Origin: Acidimicrobiales bacterium
Lineage (GTDB): Bacteria > Actinomycetota > Acidimicrobiia > Acidimicrobiales > SZUA-35
DNA length: 64,000 bases
Direction: 5' to 3'
NCBI GenBank assembly: GCA_020630065.1
Contig: JAHDCC010000012.1
Location: forward strand, 6,171-70,170
Below, piece by piece: positions 47,413-56,541 of the stretch. The position numbers and the translations under genes are program-made. The stretch's first letter is position 1, and each line of letters begins with the position of its first letter. Under the pieces are notes generated by a model that was given only the letters and a program-made list of their open reading frames with translations, was not told the DNA's origin and ran no database searches.

Positions 47413-48849
47413 TCAAGTCAAGCTCGATTCTTTTGTATAGTCGGCTGCCGCTTCCCATAGCAACGCTGCAGCGACTGAACGATACGGGCGCCAGCGTTGC
47501 GCGTACTGAGCCAACTCGGATTCCTTTATTAAAGACCGCATTCCTAGTGCTGCTGTTGCACCTTTTCGAATCCCAAGATCACCCGACGGGAAGGCGTCGC
47601 CTAAGCCAAATGCTCTCATAGCGATCAGATTAGACGTCCACGGCCCAACTCCAGGTATTTGTTCAAGTTCGACGACGACCTCTTCGCTGTCGACTACTTT
47701 TTCTGGGGCAGGAAGACGCCCTTGAACTGCCCATTCGGCGTAGGTTCGAAGAGTCTGTTGTCGTTTTCTAGGCATCCCGAGCGACGAAAGGTCAGTTTCC
47801 GCTATTTGGTTTGGGGTCGGAAAACACCGACTCAGTCCGAATCGTTCGAGTTCCGGGGTTTTGGTTCCACACAACGACGCCAATTGACCGGTCACCGTGC
47901 TCGCGCCGAGAACCGACACCTGTTGGCCAACGATTATCCGTATCGCTGATTCGAACGGATCCCAGGCCCCTGGGATGAAAACAGATGGCGAATCGATGTA
48001 GCGCTGTAGAGCAGGGTCACTGTTCAGGGCGTCGACGGCTTTCAAGTTGGACGAGCGGAGCCCGAAAAGCTTCCTAGTACGACCTACGATATCTAGAAGC
48101 TCGACAAGTGTCGGGAGATGAGCTGTGATAGCAAGCTCATGGTTTTCTACATTGCCTTCGACCTCAACAACACCAACATGGCCACAGGACACAGTCGTTC
48201 GACGATACAGCAATCCATCTACCAGCTCTGTTCCCGGTGTCGCTCGTTGCGCTAAGAACGTAAAGACTTGTTTCACCGGATAGTTCGGGGGAAGCGGGAT
48301 CCGAAGTCGTACTCCGCCGTCTAAGTCCACAGCAGACCCCCGACGTCGACGCTTCCTAAGCTCAGATGGAGAGAATTGGAACGTATCTCGCACTACTCGA
48401 CGGAACTGACGCACACTACGAAATCCTGAAGCGTAGGCGACATCGTCCATAGACAGGTTAGTTTCGTCGAGTAGACGTCGAGCAAAATGAGCCCGACGCG
48501 ACACGGCTACTTTGGTGGCTGTCGCCCCAACATGTTCTGAAAATATTCGTCGTAACTGTCGGTGGTGAATTCCAATGGCAGCTCCAAGATCTTCTTCAGA
48601 TCCGGTGTCCAAAAAGCCATCATTGATTAGTTCTAGCGCCTTACTTACAACGTCAGGAACAGACGGATCTGTTTCCGGGACTGGAAGCTGATCTGGCCGA
48701 CAACGCAGACAAGCCCGATATCCAGCAGATTCTGCTGCTGCCCGATGAGTGAAAAGCTCGACGTTTTGGATTTTGGGACGACCAGCGCAGCCGGATCGGC
48801 AGTAGATACCGGTCGTGCGTACTGCAGTGAGCTGATCCATAGGTTCCAT
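47413..48849 (-). CDS. alkA: Ada N-terminal (Zn, AraC-HTH) fused to AlkA-type DNA-3-methyladenine glycosylase II
   Basis: The Cys4 Ada zinc site is YCRSGCAGRP...CLRCRP. An AraC-type HTH follows, then an HhH-GPD region (IPGVGPWTSNLIAMRAFGLGDAFPSGD). Confidence 0.85.
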   Translation of the reverse strand: MEPMDQLTAVRTTGIYCRSGCAGRPKIQNVELFTHRAAAESAGYRACLRCRPDQLPVPETDPSVPDVVSKALELINDGFLDTGSEEDLGAAIGIHHRQLRRIFSEHVGATATKVAVSRRAHFARRLLDETNLSMDDVAYASGFRSVRQFRRVVRDTFQFSPSELRKRRRRGSAVDLDGGVRLRIPLPPNYPVKQVFTFLAQRATPGTELVDGLLYRRTTVSCGHVGVVEVEGNVENHELAITAHLPTLVELLDIVGRTRKLFGLRSSNLKAVDALNSDPALQRYIDSPSVFIPGAWDPFESAIRIIVGQQVSVLGASTVTGQLASLCGTKTPELERFGLSRCFPTPNQIAETDLSSLGMPRKRQQTLRTYAEWAVQGRLPAPEKVVDSEEVVVELEQIPGVGPWTSNLIAMRAFGLGDAFPSGDLGIRKGATAALGMRSLIKESELAQYAQRWRPYRSVAAALLWEAAADYTKESSLT

Positions 48850-48921
48850 TCTGGACGAACAAGCAGCGAAACGTTCGGCCAGATTAGGACATCTACAGTT
48901 CGATTTACAGAACCCTGTGGG

Positions 48922-49575
48922 TTAGAACCGATCGACCAGAGTTTCCTGAGGCTCTTGAGATATTTTCTGCTTCGCAATCTTGAGTTCTTGGGTTCGAAAG
49001 TCCTTGTACTTTTTCGCTTGGCGACTCCCGATTACGCGTGCAATCGTGCTCATAACTATCGCAGCTAACAACGAAGCTCCGAGGGACAACACGAGTACGT
49101 TATCGGCCTCAGAACCGGTATCGAATCCGTGATAGGCACCCATGAAAACCACGACAAACGAGAAGAGGTGGATCGCATGCCAGAACCGGTGGGGAAAGTA
49201 GTCTTTAAAGACCGACGTCAACTGCACAACCAGCATCAACCAACCAGATAAAACACCGAATGAGATACCCAACGTCGTGTAATTCGGGACAGCGGTTCCC
49301 GGGATAAATAGTTCTTCGACACCAAAGTCAACAAAATCGTCAAGCCAAAGTGTTAGTAGGTGCACGCCTAGGAATACCAAGGCCATTGCGCTCAGGTATC
49401 GATGGAGGTCTAGAAGCCAAGGTTGGCCCGGGCGCCGACCAAACATTTTCGACCCCATCAAAAGCCCGACAAGAATCGAACCGCAGGCCGCCAACCACGT
49501 CATCAACCCGGCGCTGCGGGTGAGGTACCAATAAATTTGGTCCGTGTTTATGTATTCGTCAAACAACTCCGCCAC
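48922..49575 (-). CDS. Ferric-reductase-like / MsrQ-like transmembrane haem-binding domain protein
   Basis: It has about six TM helices with conserved His residues (LHRYLS..., FLGVHLL..., FWHAIHLF...). Confidence 0.7.
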   Translation of the reverse strand: MAELFDEYINTDQIYWYLTRSAGLMTWLAACGSILVGLLMGSKMFGRRPGQPWLLDLHRYLSAMALVFLGVHLLTLWLDDFVDFGVEELFIPGTAVPNYTTLGISFGVLSGWLMLVVQLTSVFKDYFPHRFWHAIHLFSFVVVFMGAYHGFDTGSEADNVLVLSLGASLLAAIVMSTIARVIGSRQAKKYKDFRTQELKIAKQKISQEPQETLVDRF

Positions 49576-49578
49576 TTC

Positions 49579-50505
49579 CTAGCTTGTGAACGAGTCAAAG
49601 CCGTCTAGAGCTTCAACCATCCCGTCATCGTGCACCATCACACCGGTTATACCGTGTTTGGTAAAGATCTCTTGCGCATTTTCTCGTCCAGCAAGAAAAG
49701 CTGCTTTTGCCAATACCTCGCCCTGTAATGCTCTGGCACAAACTACCGTGACTGATTGTAAACCGGTCTCGGCAGCAGAACCGTCATCGGGATGCCGTAA
49801 ATGATGCTGCTCCCCCACGGTACTTGACCAGACACGTTTTGACTTTGTTGAGGTACAAACCGCGCCCCTCTCGACATGAATTCGTTGCTGCGAGTCGGCG
49901 CCCGGATACTCGAGATCGATCGGCCAGCCGTCACTGGTTGGAGGTGATCCATCGATCTTCATATCGCCACCTAGGTTAACCACACATCCTTGCACTCCGT
50001 CTGAGATCAGCTGCGACGCAACCATGTCAGCGGCAGCACCTTTTCCGATTCCCCCAAGATCTAGTGTCACTCCTTCCGGAAGGCAAACAGCGTTTATCGA
50101 CTGGTCTAAGACGACCCCCTCGGGCGTGGGAGACGACTGAATACCCAAAATTGGGTGGACGGCAGTGGTGCGCTCGACTTCCGAATAGTCCTTGGTATAT
50201 CCAGCAGCCATCATCGCGGCCTCAATTGTTGGATCAAACAAACCGTCGGTCAGCATCCACGCATCGATGGCCGCCTTGATCACCGCGAATGTGTCAGGCG
50301 AAACGACAAATAGTTCTCCGGGTGCATTGTTTAACTGGGAGATCTCAGATGTCGGCAAGAACCGACTCCAGCGGTCCTCTAAGTTTCGAATCTGGTCCTC
50401 GGCGCTTTTGTGGTGATGTGGTTGCCCGCCAAAGAGCAAAACGTGAACATCGGTTCCCATGGCGCGGAACCGGTGCTCGCGTACTGATGAAAGGCTAGCT
50501 GCCAC
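49579..50505 (-). CDS. apbE: FAD:protein FMN transferase
   Basis: FRAMGTDVHVLL...DPTIEAA...LGGIGKGAAAD... I chose the GTG start at 50505..50503, which overlaps the TAG of the upstream gene. The ORF-track N-terminus (to 50874) is an out-of-frame reading of the repeat region. Confidence 0.85.
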   Translation of the reverse strand: MAASLSSVREHRFRAMGTDVHVLLFGGQPHHHKSAEDQIRNLEDRWSRFLPTSEISQLNNAPGELFVVSPDTFAVIKAAIDAWMLTDGLFDPTIEAAMMAAGYTKDYSEVERTTAVHPILGIQSSPTPEGVVLDQSINAVCLPEGVTLDLGGIGKGAAADMVASQLISDGVQGCVVNLGGDMKIDGSPPTSDGWPIDLEYPGADSQQRIHVERGAVCTSTKSKRVWSSTVGEQHHLRHPDDGSAAETGLQSVTVVCARALQGEVLAKAAFLAGRENAQEIFTKHGITGVMVHDDGMVEALDGFDSFTS

Positions 50506-51094
50506 CGCTTGAAGGAGGCTCAGGAGCTGGAGGCTCAGGAGCCGGAGGTTCAGGAGCCGGAGGCTGTGGGGCGGGAGGCTCAGGAGCTGGAGGTTCTGGA
50601 GCCGGAGGTTCAGGAGCCGGTTGCTGCGGTGCTGGAGGTTGTGGGGCAGGCTGTTGCGGCGCAGGTGTCGGATTCTGTGGAGCAGGCTGTTGCGGCGCAG
50701 GCGTTGGGTTCTGTGGGGCAGGCTGTTGCGGCGCAGGTGTCGGATTCTGCGGAGCAGGCTGCTCTTGCGCTGGCTGGTTCGCCTCAGCAGCTGGCTGTTG
50801 GCTCGCCACCTGATCAGCTTCTGAGGATTCTTCGACCGGGGCCACGTCGGTTGGGTTATCGGCAGGATTAGCAATGTCAGTACCTACAGCGGCTGCGCCA
50901 CCATCAAGACTGAGGTCAACTTCACCCAATGATGCATCTACATCAGCTGCACTGGAGGCATCGGTGGAATCCACCGCACTTGCCTTCGCTTGTTGCACAC
51001 CGATAGTTCCAGTAGCTACCACAAAGGTAGACGTACCAACACAACCAGCTATCCAACGCGCACGACGCGCTGGATGATTTCGCCTAGAGAACAT
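50495..51094 (-). CDS. Membrane-anchored/secreted acidic, proline-rich tandem-repeat protein
   Basis: The N-terminus is RRNHPARRARWIAGCVGTSTFVVATGTIGV (signal or anchor), followed by an acidic region. Then come three complete copies of PAPQQPAPQNPT plus flanking partial copies, and 7 to 8 copies of P(E/Q)PPA. Confidence 0.6.
   Translation of the reverse strand: MFSRRNHPARRARWIAGCVGTSTFVVATGTIGVQQAKASAVDSTDASSAADVDASLGEVDLSLDGGAAAVGTDIANPADNPTDVAPVEESSEADQVASQQPAAEANQPAQEQPAPQNPTPAPQQPAPQNPTPAPQQPAPQNPTPAPQQPAPQPPAPQQPAPEPPAPEPPAPEPPAPQPPAPEPPAPEPPAPEPPSSGGS
50514..50756. repeat. In-frame coding tandem repeats: a 15-bp unit array (50514..50648, about 9 units) followed by a 36-bp unit array (50649..50756, 3 units)
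   Basis: Read directly from the sequence: GGAGGCTCAGGAGCY-type 15-mers, and GGCTGTTGCGGCGCAGGTGTCGGATTCTGTGGAGCA-type 36-mers with a few substitutions. Confidence 0.85.
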
Positions 51095-51208
51095 ATTTCC
51101 GCCTTAAAAACGAAGCTCGACTACAAAGATGTCTGCTGCGCCTGCGGAAGTAATAGTACAGGAAAATTACCTACGCGGTAACCTAAACGAAAGATTAATT
51201 GTATAAAT

Positions 51209-51427
51209 CTACCCAACCGAGTAAGGCTGGGCGGCAAAGACCCGTCCCGAGTGGCCGCCACCACCTGGAAGGTCGGTATCGCCGCGTTCTTGTGAGATTA
51301 GATAGAGAAACGTTCCGAACAGGGCCAACGCGATAACAAGAGCTACTGCGAACCATTGGATAGACGCGCGGCGCTGCTGCTTTCTCTGCAACATTGCCCC
51401 TTCAACCCCTGATTTTCCGGCCTTCAC
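51209..51427 (-). CDS. Hypothetical single-TM small protein
   Basis: This is a 72-aa ORF with the TM segment WFAVALVIALALFGTFLYLI. Confidence 0.35.
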   Translation of the reverse strand: MKAGKSGVEGAMLQRKQQRRASIQWFAVALVIALALFGTFLYLISQERGDTDLPGGGGHSGRVFAAQPYSVG

Positions 51428-51599
51428 TGTCTTCCTCGATCCGATTGACTACTGTGACAAGTGTTATCCATGTTAGTCCCCCATTCTTGGGGATGAACGA
51501 CATGTAGCGAAACCCGACCCGAAACTAAGAAATTCCTGGCAGTGTCCGACTGATCCCTATAGATCTAATTCGTATTCGGCCATAGCAGTAGGCAACCAG

Positions 51600-52943
51600 A
51601 TGACAACACCTGAACACGACAATGAATCAGCGCAGAATGCCGCCACCAAACTGGCAACCTCCGAGCTCGATAATGTACGCACCAGACGAGCCAAGTTAGT
51701 CGACCGGTTCGAAGAGGAACTGACAATGGCAGTCCTCGAAAGCCAAACAGATAACACACAAACAGTTGTCTTCTTATTGGAGGCAGAAATAATCACATTG
51801 AAGATCTGGGACGAGACACCACAGACCCTGCCGACATTGGTTTCAGAGGCGATCACCGAAACAATCTCTGGGCTACATGAGCAGCTGTCCTGTTCTATTG
51901 TAGGAGCCGACAGTTTCGTTGGGTTCGTTCGAACTATGCCCGACAAACAGTCGATCGTAGATCTAGGCAACCGAATCATAGCCACACTAAGTAACCCTGT
52001 GGAGATAGATGGCGTGTTGCATCATCTAAGTGCCCGACTAGGCATGTCGGTCGTTGACGACTCGATGAGAAGCCCCGGATTAGCACTCGAGAACGCTCGT
52101 AAGGCTCTACAAGAAACCAGCGACGAACAACAAAGCGTCCTCTTCAGCCAAACAATCGAACGACGACGCGAACACGACGCTGGCCTCGAATATGACCTTA
52201 AGCTCGCTATTAGTGGCGGACAACTAGACGTCGTCTATCAGCCAATAGTGTCACTTACCGAAAGCAGAATTTCTGGTGTTGAAGCCTTCGCCAGATGGAC
52301 TCATCCCGAACTTGGGGAGATACTTCCCCCTCAGTTCCTAACGGTCGCTGAACGATCCGGCACAATCCGGCAATTGGGGGAACAGGTTTTAGTAAAGGCA
52401 ATGAAGTCCGCAGATCATTGGGCCCGCCATGATGGCCTGACCAACATTGTTCTCTGGGTCAACTTCTCGCCCACCGAGATCGCCTACCCCGACTTCGAAC
52501 CCATGATCAAGAGCCTTATACAACAATACCCACGTGTACAACTCGGACTAGAAGTCGCCGAGAGCAACATAATTGAAGAACGAATAGTATCTACGACACT
52601 CAAACATCTACGAGCATTCGGGGTTCGCACATCCGTCGACGACTTCTCCTCGAAGGACACAGCTGTCTCCCGGCTGCGTACGCTGCCGTTCGATAACGTC
52701 AAGATCGGAAGAAAACTGATCAGTACACTTCCAAGTAACGAAGACGACCAGTCAATCGTCGAGCTACTTACCGAGCTTGGCTCCCGATCCGATTTCACCG
52801 TGTCAGCTGTCGGAGTCGAGACTGAGGAACAACTAGCTTTGCTTCGAAGTTTAGGCGTTGATTCCGCCCAAGGCTATCTGTTAGCCCGACCCGCTACGGC
52901 CGAAGAGATCGACACACTCCTAGAGGCCACACTAGCTACCTAA
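51600..52943 (+). CDS. Degenerate GGDEF-like domain plus EAL domain protein (c-di-GMP phosphodiesterase family)
   Basis: The EAL-domain landmarks are YQPIV...GVEAFARW, VNFSP, LEVAES, DDF, VKIG, GVETEEQ and AQGYLLARP. The upstream segment has GADSF in place of GGDEF. Confidence 0.8.
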   Translation: MTTPEHDNESAQNAATKLATSELDNVRTRRAKLVDRFEEELTMAVLESQTDNTQTVVFLLEAEIITLKIWDETPQTLPTLVSEAITETISGLHEQLSCSIVGADSFVGFVRTMPDKQSIVDLGNRIIATLSNPVEIDGVLHHLSARLGMSVVDDSMRSPGLALENARKALQETSDEQQSVLFSQTIERRREHDAGLEYDLKLAISGGQLDVVYQPIVSLTESRISGVEAFARWTHPELGEILPPQFLTVAERSGTIRQLGEQVLVKAMKSADHWARHDGLTNIVLWVNFSPTEIAYPDFEPMIKSLIQQYPRVQLGLEVAESNIIEERIVSTTLKHLRAFGVRTSVDDFSSKDTAVSRLRTLPFDNVKIGRKLISTLPSNEDDQSIVELLTELGSRSDFTVSAVGVETEEQLALLRSLGVDSAQGYLLARPATAEEIDTLLEATLAT

Positions 52944-52947
52944 CTAG

Positions 52948-53259
52948 TCAGGCTTGATCTTCTGATGGGTCGATCAAGTCGCCGGCGGCAGCAAGTGCGC
53001 CTGACAACGCGGCTGCACGAGCATAAACAGCCTGAAAGTACACTTCGCCTGCGCTTTGGTGGCTCAACAAAGGCGGGCCGCCAAGAGACTGAACCACCGA
53101 CGTTGCGTCCTGCGCCAGAATAACATCATGTTCTAGGTCGATAGTGGTACCCTCGGCACCCCAAAATTCGGCGGCTTTAGCGCCCTCAGATTTTTTCGAC
53201 TTACGTCGCCGACGTCCTTTACGGCGACTCTGACCATTGTTCGACTTATTGCCACTCAT
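52948..53259 (-). CDS. Hypothetical small protein with a highly basic N-terminus
   Basis: NNGQSRRKGRRRRKSKKSEG... It begins 28 nt downstream of the SNF2 helicase stop on the same strand. Confidence 0.4.
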   Translation of the reverse strand: MSGNKSNNGQSRRKGRRRRKSKKSEGAKAAEFWGAEGTTIDLEHDVILAQDATSVVQSLGGPPLLSHQSAGEVYFQAVYARAAALSGALAAAGDLIDPSEDQA

Positions 53260-53286
53260 AGTGAGACCAACTCAGCTTTCGGGACG

Positions 53287-56200
53287 CTATTCAACCGCGT
53301 CGGTATCTGTCATTACCAGCTCGGGGTCGATTCCAAGCGCAACCTGTAATTGTGCGGCGTCCAAATCCCCAACCGAACTGGACTTCGGCAGCACCATATC
53401 TGCGATACGACGCTTACCTGCAACCACTTCTTCGACCCGTTCGTCGACTGTTCCCGGGCACACCAAACGGTGGCATATCACCGTATTCTTTTGACCAATA
53501 CGCCACACTCGGTCTCGAGCCTGGTCCTCAACAGCTGGGTTCCACCATCGGTCGTAGAGAACGACGTGGCTCGCCGCTGTTAGATTAAGCCCAGTCCCCC
53601 CGGCCTTAAGCGACAGTACCATCGCCCCGGCACCTGAGTTACTTTGGAACTCGTCGACTAGACGATCCCTTGCTCCTCGGGCCAGACCACCGTGATAACA
53701 GGCAATTTTTTTCCCGGTTCGATTCGATAGATAGTCAGCTAGCTTCTCGCCCCAACTCGCAAAGTGAGTAAATATGAGAATGCGCTCATCGGCCGCAAAC
53801 ACGCGGTCGATTATCTCGTTCAGACGTTCGAGCTTGCCTGATCGGCCGTCGAGAGGCTCGTCGTCGTCTTGGTAAGCCGATGGATGGTTACATATCTGTT
53901 TGAGAGCGGTTATGGCAGCAAGGACTGCACCTTTACGCTGGTTTCCAGGTCCCTCGTCGTCTGGCTCGGCTACTAATCCATCCAATACCGCCTGATATAG
54001 ACCAATTTGTTCCGGCGTCATTGCACAATGGTCAAGCTCATCGATCCGGTCCGGAAGTTCGGCGGCAATCGCTGGTTCTGACTTGGTACGACGGAAGACC
54101 AATAGTCCGTTGAGGGCACGTAGCGCCTGTTCACCGTCTGCCGGGGTCGACCGGTCACCCGATAGTTGAGAAACAAACGAGGCGCGATCTCCGACAAGAC
54201 CAGGGTTGGTGAAGTCGGTGATGGCCCATAGATCTCCAAGGCCGTTCTCGATCGGAGTACCGGTTAGAGCAATTCTGGATCGACCATTCAACTTACGAAG
54301 TTGCTGCGCTGTCTCTGAAGTTGGGTTCTTGATTGCCTGTGCTTCATCAAGAACTACCTTGTTGAGTTCAAAGCTCTCAAGCTGCTCGATATCTCGAACC
54401 GCTGTTCCATAGGTGGTGATAATTAGATCGTGTTTCCGAACCTGGGCTTTCAAGTCCGCCCCAGAGGCACGATTCGAACCATGATGAACGATTACTGAAA
54501 GATCCGGCACAAATTTTTGTGCCTCTGCTGCCCAGTTGCCCACCACGGCGGGTGGAGCAATAACTAGGCTCGTACCTCTTTTCACCGTGGCTCTGATATG
54601 CGCCAACATGGTGGGCGTCTTACCTAAGCCCATGTCAAGCGCTAGACAACCACCAAGACCAGCATCATCTAAGAACCCAAGCCACGCATAGGCCTCTGAT
54701 TGATAACTACGTAGTTGTCCTTCAAACCCTTCGGGCGAGTCGACGAGGTGATCTGACACCGCCTCGGCACTACGCAACAGGTCGGCCGCCCAACCAGCAC
54801 CAGCGATTGAGACTCCGCCAGCGAGCGTTGCCCCTTCAAGGCCGAGAGCGGTTCGCAACATGTCGGCACCCGACATACGGGTTTTGTCGGCTCGTTCAGC
54901 TAAAGCGGCTGCTGCTTCTGCCAGATCCGCCTTATCGAGCTCAACCCATTTGCCGTGGGACTTAACCAGAGGGCGAGCTTCTGAGGCGAGTCGTCGAATG
55001 TCATCGGCTGAAAGCTCGATTTCGTCGAAAACTACCGACCATCGAACATTGGCGAGCTGTTGAGCTCCAACGACCGATTCCTGAGCTTCCTCTGAGGTCA
55101 ACCGTAAACTCGGAGTCGGCTTTTTCTTCGACAAGGCCGGGGCTCGCACATCAAATCCGGCATCGACTAACGCCGGGCCGACAACGGTCATCAAGTTCCA
55201 GGCCTCATCTTGGCTTAAGATCACCTCTCCCCTTCTACGAGCGCCGGGGCGGAGTAGCTCTGGAAACATGCGCTCAAGTCGAGAAAGTTCTTCCTCAACC
55301 TCTCGTCGTCTCGAGTTGGATGAGTTGACAATTACTTGCTCAATCGGCTGAAGCCGTTTCTGGCTGCTCATGCCGAGCACCGCCAGATACCAGGCTCCTT
55401 GATCATCTGGTGGGTCGAGCTGAAGGACCAACGGAGACTTCTGTTGGCCAACAACCGTCCGCGACCATTGATCTAATTTACGAGCGAGCTCTGAACCGTG
55501 ACGAGATGGTGCCTGAAACGAACCACCATCGAGATTAGCTAAGAAAAGTTCGGCGACGTCTGATTTGGTTTGTGGGTCTGGAGGACCGGCTGGGACATCC
55601 ATTCGTCCCGCAGCTTCAACACATAGAGCATGAACGATGTCGGCCAGAAGCGACAGGGTAAAGGCAGCTTTATCAGCCCGACGTTCAAGCACCGCCACAG
55701 ATCCGGGCTGGGTTTGATTCAAGACCGTCAGCTCTGCGTGATCAACTAAGGCTGGAATCCATCGAACCTGAAATTCCGAAACGGGAATACCATCTTGACC
55801 AGATTCGGCTTTCTTTCGACGAGATCGTCTTAGTTTCTTCAGTTGAGGAACGACCCGCCCTTGGGCCACCAGCCGTACGGCAAGCGCTGCTACGTTACCG
55901 ACCCACACGGCGCTGAGGCCGACGCTGTCGTCGCTCGCCAACTGATTTAGTCCAACCAGCCAACCAAGGCTCGCTCCGATCGGGGCGACCATCGACGGAG
56001 ATTTTCGGCCATCTGGAAGTTTGACAGGTGAATGGCTGTCCCATCCAATAGCACTGGCGCCAGCCTCTTCGAGCCTGATCTGAAGGCGTTCATCGGGCTC
56101 TACCCCAGCGTGAGGGCCTGCGGCCCAGGCGACAACCGATCCGTGTTTCCATGACAGCTGTAGTTGAGCCTCATGATTAACTGAAACCTCAGATGAACCG

Positions 56201-56541
56201 CTTGAAGCGGGAGGGCCAACCAGCCGAGTGAGCATGGCGTCGATCTTGGCTGATTCTGATTCGAAATCTGCTAAGACAACTTTTCGCTCAGCTCCGCGTA
56301 CTGTGCGTCGAACTTCCTCTAACGATCGGTCGACCTCGTCCAGCAGAAACAACAACGCGGCAACCCACGAGCGCTTGTTCGCCTCTAGGTATGCGACGTC
56401 TTCAGACGATGCTAAACCGTCGAGGTGGGCCTGGACAAGCAGCTTAAACTCAGCCGATGACAGGGCAGGTGCATTCGGGGCCGTAATAGTAATTGCAAAA
56501 CTCCATTTCATGCGTTCCAAATAGGTGATGGAAGCAATCAA
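53287..56541 (-). CDS. SNF2-family helicase/ATPase with a long N-terminal bacterial SNF2-associated region
   Basis: The helicase motifs are LALDMGLGKT, VLDEAQAIKN, LTGTPIEN, and the C-terminal SLKAGGTGLNLTAASHV...WWNPAVEDQARDRVWRIGQ. Confidence 0.9.
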   Translation of the reverse strand: MIASITYLERMKWSFAITITAPNAPALSSAEFKLLVQAHLDGLASSEDVAYLEANKRSWVAALLFLLDEVDRSLEEVRRTVRGAERKVVLADFESESAKIDAMLTRLVGPPASSGSSEVSVNHEAQLQLSWKHGSVVAWAAGPHAGVEPDERLQIRLEEAGASAIGWDSHSPVKLPDGRKSPSMVAPIGASLGWLVGLNQLASDDSVGLSAVWVGNVAALAVRLVAQGRVVPQLKKLRRSRRKKAESGQDGIPVSEFQVRWIPALVDHAELTVLNQTQPGSVAVLERRADKAAFTLSLLADIVHALCVEAAGRMDVPAGPPDPQTKSDVAELFLANLDGGSFQAPSRHGSELARKLDQWSRTVVGQQKSPLVLQLDPPDDQGAWYLAVLGMSSQKRLQPIEQVIVNSSNSRRREVEEELSRLERMFPELLRPGARRRGEVILSQDEAWNLMTVVGPALVDAGFDVRAPALSKKKPTPSLRLTSEEAQESVVGAQQLANVRWSVVFDEIELSADDIRRLASEARPLVKSHGKWVELDKADLAEAAAALAERADKTRMSGADMLRTALGLEGATLAGGVSIAGAGWAADLLRSAEAVSDHLVDSPEGFEGQLRSYQSEAYAWLGFLDDAGLGGCLALDMGLGKTPTMLAHIRATVKRGTSLVIAPPAVVGNWAAEAQKFVPDLSVIVHHGSNRASGADLKAQVRKHDLIITTYGTAVRDIEQLESFELNKVVLDEAQAIKNPTSETAQQLRKLNGRSRIALTGTPIENGLGDLWAITDFTNPGLVGDRASFVSQLSGDRSTPADGEQALRALNGLLVFRRTKSEPAIAAELPDRIDELDHCAMTPEQIGLYQAVLDGLVAEPDDEGPGNQRKGAVLAAITALKQICNHPSAYQDDDEPLDGRSGKLERLNEIIDRVFAADERILIFTHFASWGEKLADYLSNRTGKKIACYHGGLARGARDRLVDEFQSNSGAGAMVLSLKAGGTGLNLTAASHVVLYDRWWNPAVEDQARDRVWRIGQKNTVICHRLVCPGTVDERVEEVVAGKRRIADMVLPKSSSVGDLDAAQLQVALGIDPELVMTDTDAVE

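Noticed and set aside
50514-50756. I considered whether the regular short repeats were a CRISPR array.
   Set aside because: The units are contiguous with no spacers, are 15 and 36 bp long, lie in-frame within a coding region, and no cas genes are present.
50509-50871. Plus-strand ORFs of 120 aa and 67 aa lie inside the repeat region (50509..50871 and 50621..50824).
   Set aside because: These are low-complexity translations of the tandem repeats antisense to a better-supported gene. They are repeat artefacts.
50506-50874. The N-terminal 123 residues of the 431-aa ORF listed for apbE are Arg/Leu-rich with RRNSLPHR-type repeats.
   Set aside because: This is the Pro-rich repeat DNA read in a different frame. 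The ApbE homology starts at FRAMGTDV, and a GTG at 50505 overlapping the upstream TAG gives a normal-length ApbE.
52948-56541. I considered whether the SNF2 helicase is part of a defence system of the DISARM, BREX or Zorya type.
   Set aside because: I found no methyltransferase, phospholipase D, nuclease, DUF1998 or other defence partners. The architecture matches the housekeeping actinobacterial HelZ-like helicase.
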